A DNA stretch of 63,426 bases, counting the filler. It is 8 parts of 8 records of this genome, joined end to end, with 100 filler letters (N's around TTAATTAATTAA, not from the genome) between each part and the next. Parts side by side here need not be neighbours in the genome. Positions count along the whole stretch, not along the records: positions 39,684 to 47,219 come from SRR31156797_37097; positions 47,320 to 63,426 come from SRR31156797_37118; 6 more parts are not named here. One strand, written 5' to 3'. A program made the translations under genes and the position numbers. The notes below the pieces were generated by a model. The model made no database searches. It saw only the letters and a list, made by a program, of their open reading frames with translations, and was not told where the DNA came from. Position 1 is the first letter of the stretch. Every line of letters begins with the position of its first letter. Positions 43,364 through 52,830 of this stretch are shown here, one piece after another.

Positions 43364-44557
43364 TTGATTTGCTCAATACTGGATAATGATCTTTATAAGT
43401 TGACAATGCAGATGGCAGTCCTTGAGCTATTTCCACAGGCAACTGCAGAGTACCGATTTACCAATAGAGGTGAGCAGCGGTTTACAGAGTGTTTTGCAGA
43501 AGAACTTAGAAGGATCATTAGTGAGGATATACCAAGACTGATGCTTACAGAGGATGAATATATATGGCTCAGGGAGGAGTGTCCTTACTTTAAACCAAGT
43601 TACGTTGAGTATCTTAAAAATTACCGTTTTGACCCGTCAGAAGTAACTGTAGCTCTGACCAGTGATTTTGACCTTGATATTTCAATAAAGGGTCCCTGGC
43701 ACAGCAGTATTCTATGGGAAATTGTTCTTATGGCTATAATTTCAGAGCTCTATTTTGATATGGTAGAAACAAAATGGAAAGAAGAAGATGAATATGACGA
43801 TCTTCTTAATGAATACGAAAAGCTCATGGTAAACATTGCCAAAGAGCTTGAAAATAATGATTGTGTTTTTTCTGAATTTGGAACACGCAGAAGACGAAGT
43901 TTTGAAATTCATGAGCTGGTTGTTAGAAAACTTCACAAATGCAAGACTTTTTCCGGTACCAGTAATGTTTATCTTGCAAAAAAATATGCTCTCAGAGCAA
44001 ACGGAACTATTGGACATGAATGGATAATGGGTAATTCTGCCCTTATGGGACTACGCAATGCCAACCTTTTTGCACTGGAGAACTGGACTGATGTATACAA
44101 AGGAAACCTTGGGATCGCACTTTCCGATACTTTTGGTTCAGAGCCATTTTTCAGAAACTTTAACCTCAAGTTATCCAAGTTATACGATGGTGTTCGCCAT
44201 GACAGCGGTGATCCACTCAAATTTGCAAGCAGAGTCATAGAACACTACGAGAAAATGGGTATCAATCCACTGACCAAGGTCATAATATTCAGCGATTCTC
44301 TCTCTGCTACAGATGCTATCCGTATAAAGAAAGAATGCGAAGGAAAGATCAATTGTATTTTTGGCATTGGCACAAGCCTTACAAATAATCATGGTTTTTT
44401 CAGGTCAAGTCCACCTCTTAATATGGTAATAAAGCTTCACAGTATAGATGAAATACCAGTTGTCAAACTGAGTGATGATGCAGGAAAAGAAACTGGTGAT
44501 AAGGATGCTATCAGAGTAGCAAATTATATATTTAATAGAAAAGGACTTGATAAATAA
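43364..44557 (+). CDS. pncB: Nicotinate phosphoribosyltransferase
   Basis: [49 protein letters not shown]. Confidence 0.95.
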   Translation: MICSILDNDLYKLTMQMAVLELFPQATAEYRFTNRGEQRFTECFAEELRRIISEDIPRLMLTEDEYIWLREECPYFKPSYVEYLKNYRFDPSEVTVALTSDFDLDISIKGPWHSSILWEIVLMAIISELYFDMVETKWKEEDEYDDLLNEYEKLMVNIAKELENNDCVFSEFGTRRRRSFEIHELVVRKLHKCKTFSGTSNVYLAKKYALRANGTIGHEWIMGNSALMGLRNANLFALENWTDVYKGNLGIALSDTFGSEPFFRNFNLKLSKLYDGVRHDSGDPLKFASRVIEHYEKMGINPLTKVIIFSDSLSATDAIRIKKECEGKINCIFGIGTSLTNNHGFFRSSPPLNMVIKLHSIDEIPVVKLSDDAGKETGDKDAIRVANYIFNRKGLDK

Positions 44558-44873
44558 ACGTAAGTTCTCAAATCACATTAAATAACTGAGATATAAGGCC
44601 AAGCGATACCATTAGCAATATGTACAACAACATAACAACAAATCCTCTTTTAATCTCAACATAAGTGCTTTGCTTCATGACATTGTCCCATACAAAGATA
44701 TGGAATACTTACTATATATACTTTCTGAAATAATGTGGTGTTTAAAATTAATATTTTTATTGTACGGTCTATTTTTAATACAGTTATGGTCAAGAAAAGA
44801 CATTCATGTCCATTTTGTATATTTGAAAAACAAGAAAACAACTGAAAAAACAATAGAATATTTGATGAAAAAT

Positions 44874-45047
44874 AATTTTTCAACAAACAAGGATTACCTG
44901 ACAAACACAAAGAAGTTCGTTTTTAGGGCAAAATGCAGAACAAGTATTGTCTGTGAGTAGACAATGTCCGAGGGGATTGGATATTATCGGATTTCTGCAT
45001 TTTGCACCTTACCGTTTTTCCGTTTTTAGCATGTTTGTTGAACAATT
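44874..45047 (-). ncRNA. Candidate ~175-nt structured archaeal ncRNA (alternatively a MITE-like element)
   Basis: Nested inverted repeats 44874-44889/45032-45047 (15/16), 44928-44940/44993-45005 (13/13), 44946-44952/44959-44965, 44967-44971/44987-44991. TATA-like TTTATATA on minus strand at 45066-45073. Confidence 0.5.
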
Positions 45048-45217
45048 AATAGTACTTTTTTATACTATATAAATATATCTTGATTTTCATAAATCATCAT
45101 GATGATGGAAACTGAACATTATAACGTCATAAAAGCACACTGAAAACAGAAAATCAAAGAAGTAGATTAAATAAAAAATAGATGAAAGGAATGAATCTTT
45201 AGTTCATTCCTGTCTTT

Positions 45218-46810
45218 TTACTTATTTCTTCGTATTATTAACAATGACATGAAGATTGCAACTGCAAACAAATAAGCAGCATTTTCATGTCCGGCATTCT
45301 TTGCATCCTCATCTGCACCCATCACATCAGCCACAGTATCTATTGTCTCTTCAATGACATCTGTTACTTCTTCAACAGGTATCGCTGCTTCATCAATTTC
45401 ATCTGTGACCTCATCAACAACACTAAAGCTAGTATTTGTAGCATCTTCTGCTGTGAATTCTACACTTCCTTCAAAGAAATAATTAATTTCACTTTCATTC
45501 ATTGCGTAACTATATATCCTTACTTCATCTATACAACCATCAAAGTATTTTCCGAATGATGGGTTAGAACCAATATTTGTAAAATTCCAGCCAGTCCCTA
45601 TCACACCTTCTTCCTCATAGAGATTTCCATCCACATATAGCTTCACTGTGCCTGCATCCTGATCATAGACCGCTGCTAAAAATGTCCAATTACCTACTGA
45701 AACCGGATGATAGCCTAAAACATCTTCTGTACCACTGAAAGCTGACCAACCAGTACCGCCTCCACGCTGATCAATATTTATCGTACGATCGTATCCGCCA
45801 TTGTCATGAGAAATGACAGTTGTTCGCAATTCATCATTAGATTTTGCCCAGGCAATTAAGGTTGCCTGTGGCATCACATCAGGATTTAAATTAACCGGCA
45901 CCTGAACATAATCACTTGTACCGTTAAATTCCAATGCTTCGTCCATTATTCCTGAGACAAAAGTGGCACCATAGTTTGTTCCATTGTTCCCGTTACCAGA
46001 GTCGTCTGCTATGTCTCCGTTAAATGGATAATACGCCACAAGTCCCTGTTCAGAACTTGCTGCACTACTGGCAGTTGTAGTGGTAGAAGTTGATGTCATG
46101 TTTTCTTCAGTTTGAGCGATTTGGACTTCTATTTCTCCTTCTAAAAGGGAGTTTAGCTCAGTCTGATTCAATTCATGATCATATATCCTTACATCATCTA
46201 TTTTACCCAGAAAATGAGCGTCAAAAGATGGATTTGAACCAATATGAATATAATCTCTGCCAACTTTGTGGGTGCCTTCACCTTCATATGTAGTACCATC
46301 CACATATAACTTTACTTTACCTGAATCCTGATCATAGATTACTGCCAGGAAAGTCCAGTTTCCAGTTGAAACCGGGTGATATCCTAATACACCTTCAGAA
46401 CCACTAAAAGCTGACCAACCAGTGCCTCCACCACGCTGATCTATATTAATTGTACGATCATATCCACCATTATCATGAGAAATTACCGTTCCTCGTGAAT
46501 CACGATCAGATTGGGCCCAAAGAGTCATAGTTACCTGTGGCAATACATCCGGGTTTATGTCCAGCGGTATATAAACATAATCACTTGATCCATTAAAATT
46601 CAATGCTTCACCACTTATTCCTGTGACAAAGGTAGCACCATTATTTGTTCCATCGTTTCCATTTCCAGAATAATCTGCTGTGTCACCATCGAACGGGTAG
46701 TAGGCTATAAGTCCCTCTTCAAGACTTGCAGATGCAAATGATGAGGACATTACTATGAATAACAATCCAACAATCAGTATACTAAAGTACCTAATATATC
46801 CAAATTTCAT
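45218..46810 (-). CDS. Surface protein with two LamG-like jellyroll domains and C-terminal TM anchor
   Basis: Signal peptide. Two copies of GL.AYYPF.G...D.SG.GN.G and F.G.ID.VRIY. Thr/Ser linker, C-terminal hydrophobic helix + RRNK. Confidence 0.88.
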   Translation of the reverse strand: MKFGYIRYFSILIVGLLFIVMSSSFASASLEEGLIAYYPFDGDTADYSGNGNDGTNNGATFVTGISGEALNFNGSSDYVYIPLDINPDVLPQVTMTLWAQSDRDSRGTVISHDNGGYDRTINIDQRGGGTGWSAFSGSEGVLGYHPVSTGNWTFLAVIYDQDSGKVKLYVDGTTYEGEGTHKVGRDYIHIGSNPSFDAHFLGKIDDVRIYDHELNQTELNSLLEGEIEVQIAQTEENMTSTSTTTTASSAASSEQGLVAYYPFNGDIADDSGNGNNGTNYGATFVSGIMDEALEFNGTSDYVQVPVNLNPDVMPQATLIAWAKSNDELRTTVISHDNGGYDRTINIDQRGGGTGWSAFSGTEDVLGYHPVSVGNWTFLAAVYDQDAGTVKLYVDGNLYEEEGVIGTGWNFTNIGSNPSFGKYFDGCIDEVRIYSYAMNESEINYFFEGSVEFTAEDATNTSFSVVDEVTDEIDEAAIPVEEVTDVIEETIDTVADVMGADEDAKNAGHENAAYLFAVAIFMSLLIIRRNK

Positions 46811-47219
46811 TTTACTTACCCTCTTATTTTTATACATTTTTTTTAATCAGAAACACTAATTAATGAAGTTGTGAAGAAGAAATATTCAGAAATCACAGAT
46901 GTACTAACATTCTGCTATAAATTCCACAAAACTAAAGCATAGAATGACCAAGGTCAATTGAACATGTTTGTTTATAATTTCCCACAATTCATCTAAGAGT
47001 CTAATAATTTCTTTAAAAAACGCATGAAAAATTAATATATAAATTTATCGAAATAAGTATTGAAATAATTATATTTTAGTTAGTTCAGATAAAATCCTCA
47101 CAAAAGTGAGAATGAAAAATTTCAGACTTATGTTTGTTTTCCACATCATTTATTTATCAATACTAATTCATAGTCGGAAATTAACTTCTTAGATGATAAT
47201 ATTTATATGTTGTTATAGC

Positions 47220-47319
47220 NNNNNNNNNNNNNNNNNNNNNNNNNNNNNNNNNNNNNNNNNNNNTTAATTAATTAANNNNNNNNNNNNNNNNNNNNNNNNN
47301 NNNNNNNNNNNNNNNNNNN
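47220..47319. other. Artificial contig spacer
   Basis: 44 N + TTAATTAATTAA + 44 N. Confidence 0.99.
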
Positions 47320-50300
47320 CGGGCCTTGAAATAAACGTACTTGTCCGAGGGGCCGTCGAAGCTGGTCTCCTGTGTGCCCTCGTCGATGATCTCCAGGGGC
47401 CCGCCGGCCTTCACCGTTACCGTAGCCGTTCCGCCCTGCTCGAAGTGGGAGAAAACGTTGACGGGGAGCAGGATCTCCTCCTCGGGGCCCAGCACCCGGG
47501 GAAGGGTGCCCAGAACCATAAGATCCGTTCGGACGGGCACCGTCTTTTCTGTGTGACCGTAGGCGGAAGCCGAGGCGGCCACGGCCATGACCCTGACGGA
47601 ACCGACGTAGAGAGGCATCTCGAACTCGTGCTCCCCACTCTCTCCCTCTGCCAGCTCAAAGGGCCCGAAGTAGCGGACCACCGGTTTGAAGCGGCTCGCC
47701 TTCTTGGGCGGCTCGGGATCGGCGCCCTCACCACCGCCTATGGATAAGAGGGTTCCGAAATCTCCGGCCCTCGAGGCGATCAGGTCGTCATAGATATCCC
47801 AGGTTCTCACCCCCAGGGTCTCCTTCGCGAAGAAATCTGACCAGGGGTCGGGGGTCTTGAAGTTCGTCAGGTCCAATAGGCCGTCGTCCACGACCGCCAG
47901 GGTATAGGCCATGGGGCGGCCCTGCTTTTCGGATATGGTTATAGACACCTGTCCCTGGGGTTCGTACTGGGGGGCCGTTTTGATCACAGGTTCCAGCCTG
48001 GTGGCGGGATCGGTGACATTCAGGGGAATGATCCCGTACATCCTGACGGGCAGGTCGTTGGAGCTCCTCTCGTAGGGCTGTACGTAGCTGGCATGAACAT
48101 AGACCGTGGGCGCCATCGCCGCCTCTACGGGAAACTCGATCCTGGTCTGCTCGCTCAGGGAGGGCACCCACCAGGAGTTGATGACACCCGTCCCGTCTTC
48201 CAGGCTGACGAGTATCCTGCCCCCTTCCTCGCTGGGAATCGTTATGACCGCCTGTTCCCCCGTATTGTATTCCTCCTTCTCCGCAAAGAAATTCAGTCTG
48301 GAGATCGAGCTCCCCCTCTGGGGGCTGCCCGCCCAGCCGGGCCAGTCGACATAGATGATCTTTCCCGTGGAGTGTCCGGATACGGGATCGATCACCCGCA
48401 CCAGGTATCGGCCCCATTCGGGGTAATCGATCCGGAAGGACCAGCTGCCCCTTCCCTCGCTTAGGCTGATCTTTTCTCTGGACAGGGCCCTTCTGTAGTT
48501 TCTGGAAACGAAGCGGGCCAGGTCCTCTTCGCTCCGGTCCCACCACCATTTCCAGTCCAGCTTGTACATCTCCACCTCAAGGGTCTTTCTGCCCGAGGGC
48601 CGGCCGTCCGCGTCCAGGCTGACGATCTCTATCTCATGATCCTGATCGGTCAGGAGCATGCCCCGGGTCGTGTCGCCCGCGGGGGGGCGGATACCCGCAT
48701 AGCTGTCGTAGGGGGAGAGGGTCATGAGGTTTCTCGTGATGCTGAAATCCCCTCCCTCTTCGAAGACCTTCGTTTGAAGGTCCACCGTCATGAATCCCGG
48801 GCTCTTCGCCTCGAAGGGAATGGGCAGGCGGATGTCCGCATGCCCGTTAGAGTCTATCCGGCCGGAGAACACGGTTTCCGACGGGGAGTAGAATTCCTTG
48901 CTGGGATCATCAAACTCAAAGGAGCCGTAGCCCTTGAAGCTCGTCTCATGGGCGGAGAGGATCATATCCGTTTCGGTTTTCAGATCCCTGGCGACGGCCC
49001 CGTGAAGCCATGTCACGTCCATGGGAATGCTGGTCAGTTCGGACCTGATCGCCTCGCCGGGTACATCCAGGGAGATCTTCAGTCTGTTAGGCTTTACCGT
49101 TTCCACCCTGAGAGCTTTTGAGAACGACGTCCCCCCCACGCTGATCCTCGCGTTCCAGAAACCAGTGGGCGCGTCATCGCCGGTGTCCGCGTCAAAGCGG
49201 TATATCCCGCCCGTAGAAGATGTGGAGACCATCCTCAGGACTCTCTTGTCTTCCGGATCGAAGAGCTCGAAGATGACCGGGTGCTCTTCGGGCAGGGTCT
49301 TCATCTCGTCCTGCAGGATGAAGCCGAGATGGATCGTATCGCCCGGCCGCCAAACGCCCCGCTCTCCGTATATAAAGCCCTTGAGCCCCTCTTTCACGGA
49401 GCCCCCTTCCACCTCGAAATCGCTCACCGACAAGGACGAACCGTTGTCCACCCGCATCCAGCTGCTCATCCCCCCGCTTGTGGCCTGAAGGGCGAAGGGC
49501 ACCCTCTTGGCGTTCAGGAAGAGGTATCCCGAGTTGTCGCTGACCCCCCTGGCGATCTCCTGCTGCTGGAAGTCGTACAGAACGACCTCCGCTCCGGCTA
49601 CCGCTTCGGAGGTATTGAGATCCGACACATAAACGGTCATGCCGCTGACATCCGATTTCTTGGCGATGACCCCCAGGTTGGAGCTCAGGAAGCTCACCTT
49701 GTCCGTCCGCCTGGCGTAGTAGGTATTGGAGCAGGGATTGTCTCTGTTCCTCCAGTCTGAGTAATAGTAGTTATCCCAGTTGCTACGATAGCTGGGGCCC
49801 GTCCACTCGGATTTGTTTAACGGCAGGTCGTCCTCTTCACTGTGATCGTGTTCGCAGGGATAGAGAGACTGGGAACGCCTGAAAGAGAGCCTGAGCTGAT
49901 AGAGGGCTCCCGGCTCCAGATCGACCCAGGGGGTCAGGTCGAGGTCGAATTTATTCTTGATATTCAGGTTGTCGATTCCCCGTCCTTCGAGGCTGACCGT
50001 TTTGAAGGCAACGGGGCGGCCGACCTTCTGGATATTGTACCCGCCCTTGATGTCGTTGTTGTCCTGCAGAAACTGGACCATGTTGTTTTCATACACCCTG
50101 ATGATCTCGATATCCACGGCCTTCAGGGAGATTGACTCAATGGGGATCAGCAGGCGTTCGCCCGAGGGGAGAATACCGCCCTCCGTTGTGAACCGGGCCA
50201 GGGGCTTTTGCTGCTCATGGGGAAGGGTGAAGGCGATCTCTCTTCCAAGGGGGACGCCGTCGGCGTTCTTTAATGAGGAGGAGATCATCAGCTTTTTGGC

Positions 50301-51200
50301 GGCGGTGTTTACACGCTCCGTATAGAGGATGATCCTGTTGTCTTTTATCTTGAGGTTCGTCATTTCCTCTCCGCCTATCCTGGCCAGGCCGGAGATCTCC
50401 TGCTTCGTATCCAGGGGCATGGAAAAGGAAAGCTCCACAGCCTTTACGGGGCTGAGGGTGTTTTTCCAGCTCATGAAGTCGAATCTGTTGAGGGCCGGAA
50501 TAGGGATCTCTTCCACTCCCTGCCGATCGACCCCGATGCTCTTTCCGTTCCACTCCAGCTGAAGCGCATAGGCCACTTCCTTCCTGGGGATCTCATGGAT
50601 GACAAAGCTGTGGCTGTCCTCCTTGTGGGACCATTGGATGGGGGCCGGCAGGGAGGGCGGGGCCAGCATCTCTTCGATGCCTTCGGCGTCGCTCAGGTCG
50701 GCCGTCTTGACCCGCCCGTATACGGACATGGTTTCGGAATCAAGGGCGTCAACCCGGTCAATGAGGACTTCAACGTCCTGAACGATGGTGGAGAAGGAGA
50801 AACTGAACTCCTCCTTTCCCGCCGGGACGTCGAGGACGTCGCCCAGCCTCAGGCTGGCCGTATAGAACTGACCGCTTGCCAGCCCCTTTTCCGGCACGAA
50901 CTCGATGACTCCGTCCTCCGAGAGAGTCGTCTTCCCTTTGACCGCGGGGTCAAGCTGTATGAGCTTCTGGACCTGCTGCTCGCCGAGCTCCTTGTCCGCT
51001 CCCTTTGCCAGTATGACGCTGATAGGGCTGTTCCGGCTGAGGATCCCCGCCGTATAGGAGGAAATCATCCCGGTATAGTCGGCGGGATTCGAGACCTCTA
51101 CCTCGTCTCTGGGAATGCCGGAGACCTTTTCCGTATCCCCTCGGGCTCCGCAGGAGAGCAGGAACAGGGCTGTTAACAGGAGGAGAGTCATTTTCTTCAT
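47320..51200 (-). CDS. Bacterial alpha-2-macroglobulin family lipoprotein, 3'-truncated
   Basis: MKKMTLLL...LLSC lipobox. YGERGVWRPGD (MG2), TLAVVDDGLLDLT.F.TPDP, IGGG, GSVRVMAVA, LPRVL.P. Confidence 0.9.
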
Positions 51201-51608
51201 ATGGGCATCCTTGCTTTGGGTTTTGAATAATGCATCATCCATGATGACGGTCGTAATCGGAATGACCTTTGGCTCATTTTTTAATCTTCGTTCCGTCCCT
51301 TGAGCCGCCATGGGCCGGGACGGTCTAGGGGATTCAAGTTCGAGGTCTTTGGTTATTGTATATCAGCTTATATTAAATGAACAGATATTGTCTTTAATCA
51401 ATTTGAAAGGAAGAATCATATTAATAGACAACAGAAGGAAGTATTATTAAAATCTGCCCTGGTATGAATTCTGTGGAGGGGGCCCCAGATCTTCCATGAT
51501 AGAATGTATAATCAATGGATGCTTATGATTTCATCACCTTTGTGTTATCATGTTTCATAGTCGTATTGAGCAAAGGATATAAGATGAGCGGAATGATCTG
51601 TGCCGATA

Positions 51609-51637
51609 TTGTCAAATCAGAATTCATGTACTATATT
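51609..51637 (+). promoter_or_regulatory. sigma70-type promoter upstream of RNA hairpin and abiF
   Basis: TTGTCA (51609-14), 17-bp spacer, TATATT (51632-37). Predicted start near 51644. Confidence 0.7.
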
Positions 51638-51643
51638 GTTAGT

Positions 51644-51697
51644 AACAGTACCCGTCACGCCTCTCACAGAAGCGGACCAGGACGGGTCTTCTCATTT
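51644..51697 (+). ncRNA. abiF-type RNA (putative antitoxin/leader RNA)
   Basis: GC-rich hairpin in AT-rich DNA: ACCCGTC(51650-56)/GACGGGT(51681-87) enclosing CGCcTCT-CAC-AGAaGCG and an asymmetric bulge, then a pyrimidine tail CTTCTCATTT, directly 5' of an Abi_2 gene. Confidence 0.7.
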
Positions 51698-51729
51698 ATA
51701 AGCCCTTTTCTTGAGGCAGCTTGTAAGCC

Positions 51730-52692
51730 ATGAAGTACGATTCACCTCCAACGACGATTGATCAGCAGATATCAATTCTGGAATCTCGTGGACTGGAAAT
51801 TACGAATGGAGAAGCTGCTTCTGTTTTTCTGAATAAAGTCAGTTATTATCGTTTTTGCGGATATGCACTGCATTTTGAACACTTTAAAGACAGAAAAAAA
51901 ACTCACAGATATAAAGAGGGAACCACGTTTGACCAGGTTATGGAGCTATACAGTTTCGATTCCAGGCTCAGAACACTGATTTTCGATGCTATTGAGAGTA
52001 TTGAGATCGCCTTTCGTACACAACTCTGTCTCCATTTTTCACAGCTTACTAAGGATTCTCATTGGCCATTGGATGCCGAGCACTTTCTACCAGGTTTTAA
52101 TCATGCGCGATTCGTTGAGGAGATAGAAAAAGAGACCGAGCGTAGTAGGGAAATCTTTATTGATAATTATAAGACGAAGTACAAGGACCCTCCTCTACCG
52201 GCTTCCTGGATGTTGATTGAGATTGTTTCATTTGGAACATGGTCACGAGTATTCAAATCGCTTAAGGATCAGGAAGCCAAAAAGGTCATTTCCCGTTTTT
52301 TTGCCCTCTCTCCCTTTATTCTGGAGTCCTGGATTCATTCGCTGACAGTTTTAAGAAATCTCTGTGCTCATCATGCCAGAATCTGGAATAAGTCGTTAAC
52401 TATTTCTCCAGCGCTTACGAAGTCTATGAAACGTATATATCGAAACCCTACTGAGAAGAAGAGAATCGGATTACAACTTGATATTATCTGTGAGCTTCTG
52501 AAACCTTTGGGAGAGTATGAGATTTTCATTGATAATCTAAACAGCTTGTTTGAAGATCATCCAGGAGTCCCTTATTCCTCAATGGGACTGAAAGATAATC
52601 ATATTGATAAAGAACGAGGTATTCGTGCCCGGCCTGATCGTGAAATTTTAGCTTCCCCGGTCGGATCAGATGACAGAGACAAAGACATTTGA
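51730..52692 (+). CDS. abiF: Abi_2 / AbiD-AbiF family HEPN ribonuclease (abortive infection toxin)
   Basis: P.TIDQQI..L..RGL, L..VSYYR..GY, LY.FD..LR......E.IEIAFRT, P.W...E..SFG.WS, HEPN RxxxxH in LRNLCAHHARIWN. Confidence 0.92.
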   Translation: MKYDSPPTTIDQQISILESRGLEITNGEAASVFLNKVSYYRFCGYALHFEHFKDRKKTHRYKEGTTFDQVMELYSFDSRLRTLIFDAIESIEIAFRTQLCLHFSQLTKDSHWPLDAEHFLPGFNHARFVEEIEKETERSREIFIDNYKTKYKDPPLPASWMLIEIVSFGTWSRVFKSLKDQEAKKVISRFFALSPFILESWIHSLTVLRNLCAHHARIWNKSLTISPALTKSMKRIYRNPTEKKRIGLQLDIICELLKPLGEYEIFIDNLNSLFEDHPGVPYSSMGLKDNHIDKERGIRARPDREILASPVGSDDRDKDI

Positions 52693-52830
52693 AGTATTGT
52701 ACCGGTACATTGTGGCTGTATAAAATCAGGAACCATCCCGGTGGTTTCTGACAGATTGGTAATGACATCTGACGGCTATGTGCTACAATGATCCCTCATA
52801 TACTTAATCCACCCTCCAAGGATCCTCTGC

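Noticed and set aside
44656-44960. Short overlapping ORFs (84 and 96 aa) between pncB and LamG
   Set aside because: Low-complexity AT-rich translations with no RBS or motifs. The region is better explained by the structured element.
47341-51176. Many 60-250 aa alternative-frame ORFs inside the A2M gene (and similarly in 7270-12164 and 55075-63362)
   Set aside because: Expected shadow ORFs in GC-rich coding DNA.
51294-51345. Hairpin CCGTCCC/GGGACGG followed by GTTCGA, a possible tRNA remnant or att site
   Set aside because: No cloverleaf or CCA end and no matching copy found at the other side of the islet.
51515-51733. 72-aa ORF overlapping the abiF start as a possible protein antitoxin
   Set aside because: No clear RBS or family motif, and it runs through the promoter and RNA hairpin. 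Not fully excluded without ribosome profiling.
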